A stretch of 64,000 bases of DNA, from positions 1-64,000 of the forward strand of contig CDMY01000446.1 of assembly GCA_001179505.1 (NCBI GenBank), in the 5' to 3' direction. The notes beneath the pieces are model-generated. The model was not told the origin of the DNA. It searched no databases and worked only from the letters and a program-made list of their open reading frames with translations. Shown piece after piece: positions 1-9,025 of the stretch. The stretch's first letter is position 1; each line of letters starts with the position of its first letter. The stretch comes from Vitrella brassicaformis CCMP3155. Its lineage: Eukaryota; Protista; Chromerida. The translations under genes and the position numbers were made by a program.

Positions 1-297
1 CCAAGTTGCTGCGCCCATGTGCGAAAAGGCCGGTGAGGACCTTTCCTGTAGTTAGCTCAATAGAGGATCTGCTGGGCGGTAAGTCCCAGAGTAAGAGTGC
101 TTTTACTTTAATAAAACCGATGGACTGGCCAATCAGTCAAAGTTATTTCTGTCCACGTATGGCATCATGAAGGGTGGTCAACACAGATCTCACTTCGGTG
201 ATGGCTGATAAGATCGTGCCTCCTCAGAATGCTTTCCTTGTCTTTCCTTGTCTTCTCCTCTCTCTCTCCGTTACACAGCAATCTACCCTAGCTCACA

Positions 298-305
298 AGC
301 TCGCA
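298..305 (-). promoter_or_regulatory. TGCGAGCT motif (AGCTCGCA on +), 5' of ATG 468
   Basis: Exact match to the 8-mer that recurs near start codons across the window. It would fall inside the putative upstream exon if the ATG 167 model is right. Confidence 0.35.
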
Positions 306-467
306 GTGGTTCGTCTTGCCAAGCTGGCAAACCTGACAGGAACCTCTGGAATAATCACGGCCCAGTGTCGTTGAGGTGAGCGATGGACACACTGCACACC
401 CAGACGTGGGCATCTCGAGATATCTGATCCCTGCCGCTGTCTTTTGCGCTTCAGGCCCGCCACCTCT

Positions 468-2162
468 ATGGCACACTTCGATGTGGAGCGAGGCGACATC
501 CGCTTCCGCGTCAAGGTGCCACACGGCTCCAGCGACTTCACATGTCGGCTGGCCGAAGGCGTCCTCCGCCGCAACATCACTGCTGCGCGGGTCAGGCTGC
601 TCATCCAGCTGGGCGCCGATCCCAATGCCACTGTGCAGCTCACAGACCTCAACGAGGGATGGGAGCTGGAGTTCTCCCTGATAGAGCTCTGCATTGACGG
701 ATGGGCGCGCGAGATGGCCTCGTCTGCGTACCTCTACGGCATTAGGTGGGAGGGCCCGGCAGACGGCGGAGCGTCGGTCGTGCGAGAAATGATCGCTGGC
801 GGAGGTCTCATAGCGGGATCGGTGGGCGAGACGGCCCTCTACCGCGCTGTGTGCAACGTCAACAGGAGCGTCGTGGACCTGCTGATTGGAATTGGGGTGC
901 GGCTAAGTGGTAATGAAGCAGAGGAGGAGGGCATCAGTGAGAGTTTGCTGGAGGACATGCTCGAGTACCACCGAGATCTGCACTTCGCCAACCACCGGCC
1001 AGCCAGCGGCCAAGACGTGCTCTACATGATCCGCACACTCACGCGCCGATGGCCCCACCTGCTGGCTCACGAGCGGACTCGCATCGACTGCCTGCGGGCA
1101 GTTCTCAACCACCCTGTGCTGGAGGCCGACGCACAGGAAGCCATCCTGACCCACCTGCACACCAACCCCCGCCCACTCCCCATCGACGACAGGGAGTTCG
1201 GCCGCCTTCTCGCCCGTGCAGCGAGGGGCATGCATCACACGTCCATCGACTGGCTGCACTCCACTGACCCGGCGGCCTTCAGGGCGAGCATCAACACCAG
1301 GGTGCTGGGGGCTACGCCACTCAGCCAGGCGGCGGGCGAGAGGATGAGGGACGACCTCCCAGATGACCTGGCTCAGGAGTGGGAGGCGGAGAGGGGGAGG
1401 TGCATTCGACGGATGATCCAGCTCGGCGCCTGTGTGGAGGCGGCAGGCGTCGCCCCCCTCAAAGCCAAGCCCACGGAACAGCGCCAGCAGTGGGAGAGGA
1501 GGGCGCTGCAGGCCTACAGTGCGGAGCTGAGCCAGCTGTCGACGGGCGAGGCCGTCATGGCCGCCGTCAACGCGGCCTTACGCCCTATGCGCACATGGGC
1601 GGCCAACCTTAGTGCTGCATTACCCGACATGACCACGGAGCAGCTGACGGCGGCCTTCCCCCACCAGAGCAGCCCCAGCCCCATGTCCCCCTCCCCCTCC
1701 CTCCCACCGCCCAGCGGCACCAGGCCCCTCAACCGCGACGTGTCGGCCTTCACATGGCGCATCGGGTCATTCTTCGTCGACCCATCGGCACTCGAGGGCG
1801 CCATCGAGACCCAGACGACCCTCGGCAAGCGCATCAACGCGGCAATGCGCCGGTATGTCGTCGAGGCGTCCTCCCTGTCCGTGTCGTGCAACCAGGAGAT
1901 CACCGGCACGAGCAAGGCTGACCACAAAAGGACGCGCGACGGGCAGCAGCTGGTGCGGCCTTCCCTGCAGTGCTTTGCGCTTGGAGGGGTCAGGGGTGCA
2001 CGGCTGGGCCTGCGGGAGGTGGTGCGCTGTGCCATAGCCGAGGAGGCAGCCAAGTACGGGCTGGCCGTGGACGGCATGTCCTGTGTCCCGCTTTTCGATT
2101 GGCGTCAGCTGGGCTATGTGGCGGGGGGAGGAGCTGTTTTTGTGTTGATGGGGATGGAATGA
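468..2162 (+). CDS. Ankyrin-repeat-like, lineage-specific protein (long single-exon body; possible short upstream exons from ATG 167)
   Basis: 565-aa ORF from ATG 468 with ankyrin-like motifs (LLIQLGADPNA, TALYRAV..VVDLLIGIG, TPLSQAA..MIQLGA). Putative introns ~174-278 and 376-453 would add an in-frame N-terminus. Confidence 0.6.
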   Translation: MAHFDVERGDIRFRVKVPHGSSDFTCRLAEGVLRRNITAARVRLLIQLGADPNATVQLTDLNEGWELEFSLIELCIDGWAREMASSAYLYGIRWEGPADGGASVVREMIAGGGLIAGSVGETALYRAVCNVNRSVVDLLIGIGVRLSGNEAEEEGISESLLEDMLEYHRDLHFANHRPASGQDVLYMIRTLTRRWPHLLAHERTRIDCLRAVLNHPVLEADAQEAILTHLHTNPRPLPIDDREFGRLLARAARGMHHTSIDWLHSTDPAAFRASINTRVLGATPLSQAAGERMRDDLPDDLAQEWEAERGRCIRRMIQLGACVEAAGVAPLKAKPTEQRQQWERRALQAYSAELSQLSTGEAVMAAVNAALRPMRTWAANLSAALPDMTTEQLTAAFPHQSSPSPMSPSPSLPPPSGTRPLNRDVSAFTWRIGSFFVDPSALEGAIETQTTLGKRINAAMRRYVVEASSLSVSCNQEITGTSKADHKRTRDGQQLVRPSLQCFALGGVRGARLGLREVVRCAIAEEAAKYGLAVDGMSCVPLFDWRQLGYVAGGGAVFVLMGME

Positions 2163-2741
2163 GATAGATGAGTCAGTGGGGCTGGCTGATAGACAGAAAG
2201 CGGGCGGGCGCTGTTGTAAGGGAGGGAGCAGTGGCTGCCCTTTGGTGGTATGGTTAGTTCGAGTCTCTGTGAATAGCTGGGGTTGGTGGGGTCGACCCGA
2301 CCGGTGTGTCAGTCAGTGTCTGGAGGCTGTGATCGAGGGCTGACATTGAGCCGATAGAGAGCACATGCCGGTGGGCGTGAGGCAGCGGTGGCTTTGCATG
2401 GATGTCTCTGTGTGGGTAGGCGGCCTTGCAAAGCCTCTGCGTTGAACGCAAACCAGCACACGAAATCTACTCGTGTGGAAATTTCCTTGGTGACGGTCGT
2501 CTTATATCGGGGCCATCACAGTACCTCGTTGGTAGTAGTGTGTGCTGATGCTCATGTCCTCTTTTTCTGCACGGAAAGCATGAGTGTGTCAAGAGACGGC
2601 ACACATGTACACTCTTAGTGGACGAGTGATGTGGTGCGATGCGTGGCTAGCTGTTTGAATCAAGAGTATGTTGTCTGATGACGAAGGACACTCGGAAAGA
2701 AGAGGCTGCACACGAATCGACCACTAAATGTGTCTCACTCA

Positions 2742-5042
2742 CTAGCATGCACCCACGCCACACGTACCACCACTCTCTTGTTCGAAGGCAGAAAGTCTTC
2801 GGTTCTCGACACACCTCAGCAGCGCATCAGTGTTCGCCAACACATCAAGCCGCACCCACTGCAGAACACCCACGAGGTGATGTAGCACCGTCAGGCCGAG
2901 AAACACCTGCCTACAGCTCGCCTCGTCTATCGCTCCCCGCTGGAGAATCGCCCCCAACAACCGCTCAATCACCCCAATGCTTGTGACAAGACACAGGGAC
3001 TCCAGGTGCGCCACAGCCATCAGTGCGATTGAGAGACAGGCGACGTTCCATTCTCTCTGCCCGGCATTTGTCCTGCCGTCCACCGTCAAGTCCACGTGCC
3101 GCACAAGCCTCGTTGTGAGAGGAAGCGTCCAGCGGTACACGTCCAGCTTGGACAACGAGTGCAGAAGAGACGACATATTCTGCGCATCCACATGGACCCA
3201 AAATGCGTGGCAGTGATCCACCAATCTGTCCGCCCTCAGCTCATTCTTGTCCATGTTGTCATAATCGATAACAGCATCATCGTCTGGCTTGACGGCGGCA
3301 GCATCTGCAGCTGGCGCATCGTCATCCTCTGGTGGATGCGGGCATGACACAAGGAAGTTCTGCATTGCTGTGAGGAAGTCGGGCGGAGGCTGGTGCTGGA
3401 ATCTCCCTAGGGCGTTCAGCGTGAGCGATAAGTCGATGGCGTTGGCCTTCCACACGCTGCTGGCCATCTTGGCGACTAGCTGGTCGGTCAGCTGCCGGTG
3501 GAAGTACCCCAGCTTGGCGAGTGCGCTCAGCAGTATGCTGATGTCGCATGCACGGAGGCTGTCGATAAGCGGCCGGTTGCTCCTCTCGTGCCGCCTCTCC
3601 CCATGGCCCTTGAGCATCACCCTCACGGCCTCCTTAACGGCCGCCTTGACGTCAGGGATGCTCGCTGTGTCATCTTGTGTCGGGTGTTCGTCCTCGGCTT
3701 CGTGAGCTTCGATAGCAGAGTCGGGCAGAAGCAGCCCCAGTGAGTGTACGAAGGCCACAATCTCAAATGGCTTCATCTCTCGCATGACGGCAGGCAGCCG
3801 CCGGCACAGGACAATCATCAGCTCCTCGTCCCTCTCCTGCACCCTGGCATAAGCGTTGGCAACGTTCGCCAGGTCCAGCTGGTTCAGCTCGTGAGATCGA
3901 CGCTTCAGTTCGTCAGCCAGGAGGGAGTAAAGAGGCCGCCAGAAGACCCCAAAGCGCGACAGACCATTCAGAATGTTGGCCATGTTCTGTGGCGTGAAGT
4001 CGTGATAGCGCCCCCGCCGCACGAGTTGCTGGCTGAGCATGAGGAAGAGCTGCCGCACCTCTTGCGTGTCCTCAACGCGGCCATGAAAGCGGGCGTAGGC
4101 GTTGATGACATTCGAGTAGCCCTGTGGGTCGAATTCGCCCGCAATCCGATAAATGCGCCGAGTGGCCGCGTGCAGTAAGTGAGGCGGGAAGATATAGAGC
4201 TTGGCGAAGGCATTGAGGATGGTTGACAGCGAGTGGGGGCTGATGGTGTCGATCGATGCTTTGCTGCGGTCATCCGTGAGGATCTCCTGCATGCGATAGA
4301 AGAGGGGCTTCTTGCGGATGTTGAAGCGGGCAAACGCGTTCGCCACCATCGCCACGCCCTGGTGAGTCAAATAAGGCAGCCGGTCCAGCAGGATGGGGCT
4401 CATGAGCTCGAACAGAGCGGGCTCGTTGACATTGAGCTTGGCATAGGCATTGCATATGTTGGCGAGGGACAGATCATCGAGAGCAAAGCTTTGCACCAGT
4501 GCTGACACACGCCGCTGCAGTGCTCGAATGACATCGGGCGATACCTCTCGCCCCTGCACCTTGCCCATTGCCGAGGCCAACATCGACACGTCCTGTGGAT
4601 TGCCGCTGTCCCAGAGAGACTCCCCCAAGTCGACGGCTGCCCTGAGAGTCTCGTGGCCGCTCTCGCGGTGCCTCAGGTTGGCGAGGGCGTTGACAGTGAG
4701 GGCAATCTGCCGCACCTCCACGTGCCGCAACTCACCCACCAGCTCACGCGACAGGGTCCGGAAGAACGATGCGTCGGACATGTTGGTTCTCGCGAAAGCA
4801 TTGGCCAACAGCCCAATAGGTGCGCCGGAGAACTCGTGCAGCCGAGGCTCCAAGAGCGAGGCAGCGTGCCTCCAGAAGGGCGCATCAACGAGGGCATCGT
4901 CTTGCGCCAGCTTGTTGAGCGTGAAGGCGATGTCGTTGGGAGGCAGCTTGGGCATGACAGTGAGCATTTGTTTGGCGAGGCGGAGGGTCTCATCTCGGCC
5001 TCTGCTGTTGCTGTTGACAATGCGCTGAAGGATGTAGTGCAT
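2742..5042 (-). CDS. Heptatricopeptide-repeat (HPR, 37-aa helical repeat) RNA-binding protein, probably organellar
   Basis: Repeats of type F/LxPQxLANxxNAY/FAR/KL at counted 37-aa spacing (NAYAK->NAFAR, NAFAK->NAYAR, NGLSR->NAYAR). First in-frame ATG is 5042; the supplied ORF starts at a TTG, 5111. Confidence 0.8.
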   Translation of the reverse strand: MHYILQRIVNSNSRGRDETLRLAKQMLTVMPKLPPNDIAFTLNKLAQDDALVDAPFWRHAASLLEPRLHEFSGAPIGLLANAFARTNMSDASFFRTLSRELVGELRHVEVRQIALTVNALANLRHRESGHETLRAAVDLGESLWDSGNPQDVSMLASAMGKVQGREVSPDVIRALQRRVSALVQSFALDDLSLANICNAYAKLNVNEPALFELMSPILLDRLPYLTHQGVAMVANAFARFNIRKKPLFYRMQEILTDDRSKASIDTISPHSLSTILNAFAKLYIFPPHLLHAATRRIYRIAGEFDPQGYSNVINAYARFHGRVEDTQEVRQLFLMLSQQLVRRGRYHDFTPQNMANILNGLSRFGVFWRPLYSLLADELKRRSHELNQLDLANVANAYARVQERDEELMIVLCRRLPAVMREMKPFEIVAFVHSLGLLLPDSAIEAHEAEDEHPTQDDTASIPDVKAAVKEAVRVMLKGHGERRHERSNRPLIDSLRACDISILLSALAKLGYFHRQLTDQLVAKMASSVWKANAIDLSLTLNALGRFQHQPPPDFLTAMQNFLVSCPHPPEDDDAPAADAAAVKPDDDAVIDYDNMDKNELRADRLVDHCHAFWVHVDAQNMSSLLHSLSKLDVYRWTLPLTTRLVRHVDLTVDGRTNAGQREWNVACLSIALMAVAHLESLCLVTSIGVIERLLGAILQRGAIDEASCRQVFLGLTVLHHLVGVLQWVRLDVLANTDALLRCVENRRLSAFEQESGGTCGVGAC

Positions 5043-5138
5043 CAATGTAGTGAGTGCATCAATCGCCCAAGTTGCCGGCAGCGGCCCTAATGACAGACGC
5101 AGGGGCGCCAAATCGCAAAGGGGAAGGATCTCCCTTCA

Positions 5139-5146
5139 AGCTCGCA
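5139..5146 (-). promoter_or_regulatory. TGCGAGCT motif in HPR/CKS1 divergent gap
   Basis: AGCTCGCA in the ~190-bp gap between ATG 5042(-) and ATG 5232(+). Confidence 0.55.
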
Positions 5147-5231
5147 TCTGTAAACATTTGAGATCAAACGCGTGAAAAGACTACAGGGGCGAAGGGAGAG
5201 GTGACTGAGGGCTTTGCAGTGTGATACGACC

Positions 5232-5885
5232 ATGCCGCACTATCCCGACACCATCGAATACTCGGACAAGTACCAGGTGAATGGCAGCACCGCTCCTGAC
5301 CCCTTGCAATGGCGCATCTGTTTGTTGGCTGGTCATCTGGTACATGCAGGACGATGTGTATGAGTATCGCCACGTCATTCTGCCGCATGCCGTAAAAGGA
5401 TCACCTCACAGCACAGCACGATGGATGGATGCCAGCGTACAAGGGCGCTCTTTGATGGGTGTGGAATTAACACCTACAGGTTGCTCGCAAGGTGAATGAG
5501 ATCCGTCGCCGCAAGCAAGACCAGCTGCTCACCGAGGCCGAATGGCGGTGAACTGCAATGAATGCTACACAAAGACAGAGGGACACGTGATGGGATGCCT
5601 TTGCGCATGGCATTCGTTGTGTGTACACGTACTGCTGCAGTGAGGTGGGCGTCGTGCAGAGTCGCGGCTGGGTCAACTACCACATCCACGAGCCGTACGT
5701 AACTACCCCATCCACATGCAATTAATGCAACCAGCCAGGAATGAATGCCATGCCTTGTGTGTGTGGTGAATGTGATTGATGTGGTTGGCATGGCATGTGC
5801 ATGTGTCAGGGAGCCTCACATTCTGCTGTTCCGCCGCAAGTTGGGCACCAACCCCAAGACGGGCCAGGTGGAGGGCAACAACTAG
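5232..5885 (+). CDS. CKS1: Cyclin-dependent kinase regulatory subunit (CKS1/Suc1), 5 exons
   Basis: Spliced: MPHYPDTIEYSDKYQ|DDVYEYRHVILPHA|VARK..LLTEAEWR|EVGVVQSRGWVNYHIHEP|EPHILLFRRK..GNN*. Canonical CKS motifs are present. Confidence 0.93.
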
Positions 5886-6640
5886 CAGACCAATAAGTGA
5901 AGACAAGACAGACACATTCACAAACAACTGACACCGATGGTGGGGTGGGGGTGAGGGGGGCGAGCTGAGGCGGACACGACGCGTAGCCTTCCTTCTACTG
6001 AGATGAAGATGGCATACATTACCTGACAATACTATGATGTGTATGCGGTGGGTGGTGGACGGACGATGGATGCCCTCCCTGCGCTGCATGGACGTATTCT
6101 TCCCTCGATGGATGAAGCAGTGCACTCACTGCACGTGTGCCACTCATTCATGTGTGAAGGAAGGAGACTGACTGCTCAAGTAAGTATTTGTTCAAGGGCA
6201 GGGCACGGCAGCATTAATTGCATTCCCATGCACCACTCGAGCCATCCATCCATCCGAGTCCATCCGTGTGTTCGTATCTGTCCTCCGCACAGCACAGGTG
6301 CTCGCAGGCACCAACGCACACACAAGAACGAGCGTACCTACCACACACTTGGACCGACCATTGCTGCAGTGAGTGGCCCGCCCCGCCCCGCCTCACACCC
6401 CCGCACAACACATAAATGCAATGCATCCATCACTTGCCATCCACAGCCATGACCACGAGCCCCCAGAGATCGCCAGCACGAAAATACAAATCGCCAAAAA
6501 ACAACACGTCTGTCTGTCTGTTACCGGCCGGCCTGGTCTGCTGAAGCCAAAAGAATTTGTAACGAGGGCGCCCCCGTGTCTGTGTGTGCAAACAACACAC
6601 ACAGATTGAGTTCTTAATGAGCTATCTGCGATGCAATGTG

Positions 6641-6684
6641 GAGGGAGGGAGAGAGGGGGGAGGGAGGGAGGGAGGGAGGGAGGG
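6641..6684 (+). repeat. (GGGA)n polypurine tract, potential G-quadruplex
   Basis: gagggagggagagaggggggagggagggagggagggagggaggg read directly. Confidence 0.7.
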
Positions 6685-7466
6685 AAAAGTATAGAGAGAA
6701 CAAATCCACTTTATCCATCCATCCAATGGCATCCATGACCGCCACACCACACAGAAACACACAAGCACGACGGAGAAAAGATCGTGACCATAAAGTGACG
6801 TTAGTCGCTGGCTTCCTCGGTTTCTTCTCGTGTCAAGCGAAGCGGATACATAATATCGGTAGGTGCGGTCGGTAATCCCTTTACTGTACTCACTGGTTCT
6901 CGGCAGCTCATTGGCGGCTGGGCTGGCTAGTCTGGTCTGTATACCATATCATCATAGTAAGTAAGAGTGAGGGCGGGTGAGTGAGTGAGTGAGCTATAGA
7001 TATTACATACCTACACAACACAGAGATTGACATACATACACACAGATGGGACAAGGCAAGGCAGGTATGACAGACACGACGGGACATGCAAGCAGGTAGG
7101 TAGCAGGTAGCCAGGCAAGGAAGGCACCAGCCGCACAAATACTTAGTAGTTGACTGACGATCATCGTGGTGTTAGTAGTACCCCGGCCAAGTACTTGAGT
7201 GTCGTAACAAGGCATGCATTGATTGCATCCGTTCGTCCGTCCGTGCGTCCAGCCCCTGCTGGCCAATCGTGTGTCGCGTCCCTCTCGTTATGTGTTGGGT
7301 GTGTCACACAACACAACGATGGACTGACTGACCGACTGTATGGAATGGATAGGTAGAAAAACGACCGATGGAGAACAGCCGCATGTGAGATTGAGCGATG
7401 GGGTGTGTAGGCAGGCATGCAGGTAGTGTCCACAAGCGCGGGTCGGGTGCGTCTCGACCGACCGAA

Positions 7467-8756
7467 TTAGGCCCTTGGGGTGGTCTTCGGCGTGCCGGCC
7501 AACGAATACAACCTACACCAAACACAGAGAGAGACAGGAATGATGTCTGTCGCCTTTTTGCTGCGGTGGTGCCCTGCCTGCCCACGCACGGTACGCACCT
7601 GAGTATTTTGAGTGAGGTGATGACATTTTCCCTGTCCTCGCCGCCCTCGTTGGTCAGCAGCACCAAGTGGGTCATCGAACCCTCACCACTGTCGTACTGA
7701 ACAGACAGACAACACACTCATAATTGCACGAGCAACTCTGGTGGAGTTTGTACCTCGATATCGATGGCGCGGCTCTTCTCCTCGCGCGTCAGCACGCGGA
7801 AGCAGGCATTCTGAAAGGTTAAGGGAGACCACACAATCATCACTGCCTTTGTAGCGCCTGTCAGTCTTGTCTTACCGAAGTCACTTTCGACTCCTCGAAG
7901 AACACCACATCCGATATCTGGTCAGACACACACACACACATGGCCGCCAGTCTAGCCAACGCACATTCCCTCTTCGCCATCTCGCTCACTGTCGTCAGGG
8001 GAATGTTCCTCGTCGCGTCAGGGCCCGTGATGATCATGTGCTGGAAGGACACCCGAATTTGATACACATACACGCACTGCTGCTGTCTGTGTCCGCTGGT
8101 GGCTGGCTGGCTGACCTTGAGCGACTCGGTGAGGTAGTATGTCGCCTCGACCACCTGCCCCGCACCTTGCAGTGTGTCGGGCTCCTTGACAAAGTGACAC
8201 TTGACGCCCACCACCGCCGCACGCGCAAACGCCTTCACCTGTGAAACACACACACGCGCGCACGGACAGAGAAAGAGAGAGTGAGCGAATGAGAACGAAG
8301 ATAAGCGTTGGATTCCTGCCTAACTGACTAACCATCATTTGCAGCCTGTCTTTCTCCCTCTGCTTCTCCTCTTGTGTCAGATAGGCCCCCGAAGTCTGCG
8401 ACACGTCATTGCGCGAGGCGTCCTCCCTCTTATCTGACAACAAGAACGGAAGCAACACGAGCTACAGCGCACCAGAAGACGTCGGTGTCAGTGTCACGTC
8501 CCCCCACCGTTCCCGGACGCGCCGGTGCCTTCCACCCTTGGAGTGGCAGACGACAACACCTCGGGCTCGTCTTCGCTGAAGGCCGACGCGTACGCCTTGC
8601 CGTGGTCGTGCTGAAACAGACAGACAAGCGGGGATGCCTTTTGATGCCTCCCCCCGCTGTTTGCTTTAGTTGTGGGCTGCTTGCCTGGTCGAAGGATATC
8701 TGTGTGACGGCTTCCCCCTTGCCTGGCTGTTCACACGCACAGCACGCGGCGAACAT
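7467..8756 (-). CDS. PH-like domain protein resembling alveolate IMC sub-compartment proteins (ISP-like), with N-terminal Cys cluster
   Basis: Spliced: MFAACCACEQ..ISFDQ|HDHG..GN|DKRED..LQMM|VKAFARAAVVGVKCHF..TESLK|HMIITG..PLTT|ISDVVFFEESKVTS|NACFRVL..IDIE|YDSG..VITSLKILR|LYSLAGTPKTTPRA*. The strand/helix pattern suggests a PH fold; the ISP link is by resemblance only. Confidence 0.55.
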
Positions 8757-8923
8757 CTCGGGCTCCTCCTCTGTCTTCGTCGACGGATCCAGCCTCTTAG
8801 TGCTCTCACACTTGAGATACCGACACTTTTCCTTCTTGCTTCCGTGCTTGTCGTGTTTATGCTGTCGAACCCAACACCTCTTTGGAAGCCCCCTCCTGCC
8901 AGAGACGTCTGCGTTCTTGCGAT

Positions 8924-8952
8924 TGCGAGCTTGGGGGAGGGGGCTGCGAGCT
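8924..8952 (+). promoter_or_regulatory. Two TGCGAGCT motifs (8924-8931, 8945-8952) in ISP-like/CDPK divergent gap
   Basis: Two exact copies 21 bp apart in the 270-bp head-to-head interval. Confidence 0.55.
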
Positions 8953-9025
8953 TTCTTTGGCGTCTTTTTTCCTTTTGTGAAGGCCATCTCTTCTGCGTGT
9001 GAACCGCTTTCTCCTTTGAAAAAAA

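Noticed and set aside
44-100. TAGCTCAATAGAG resembles a tRNA D-arm/A-box
   Set aside because: No GTTCRA T-loop or acceptor stem at the right distance.
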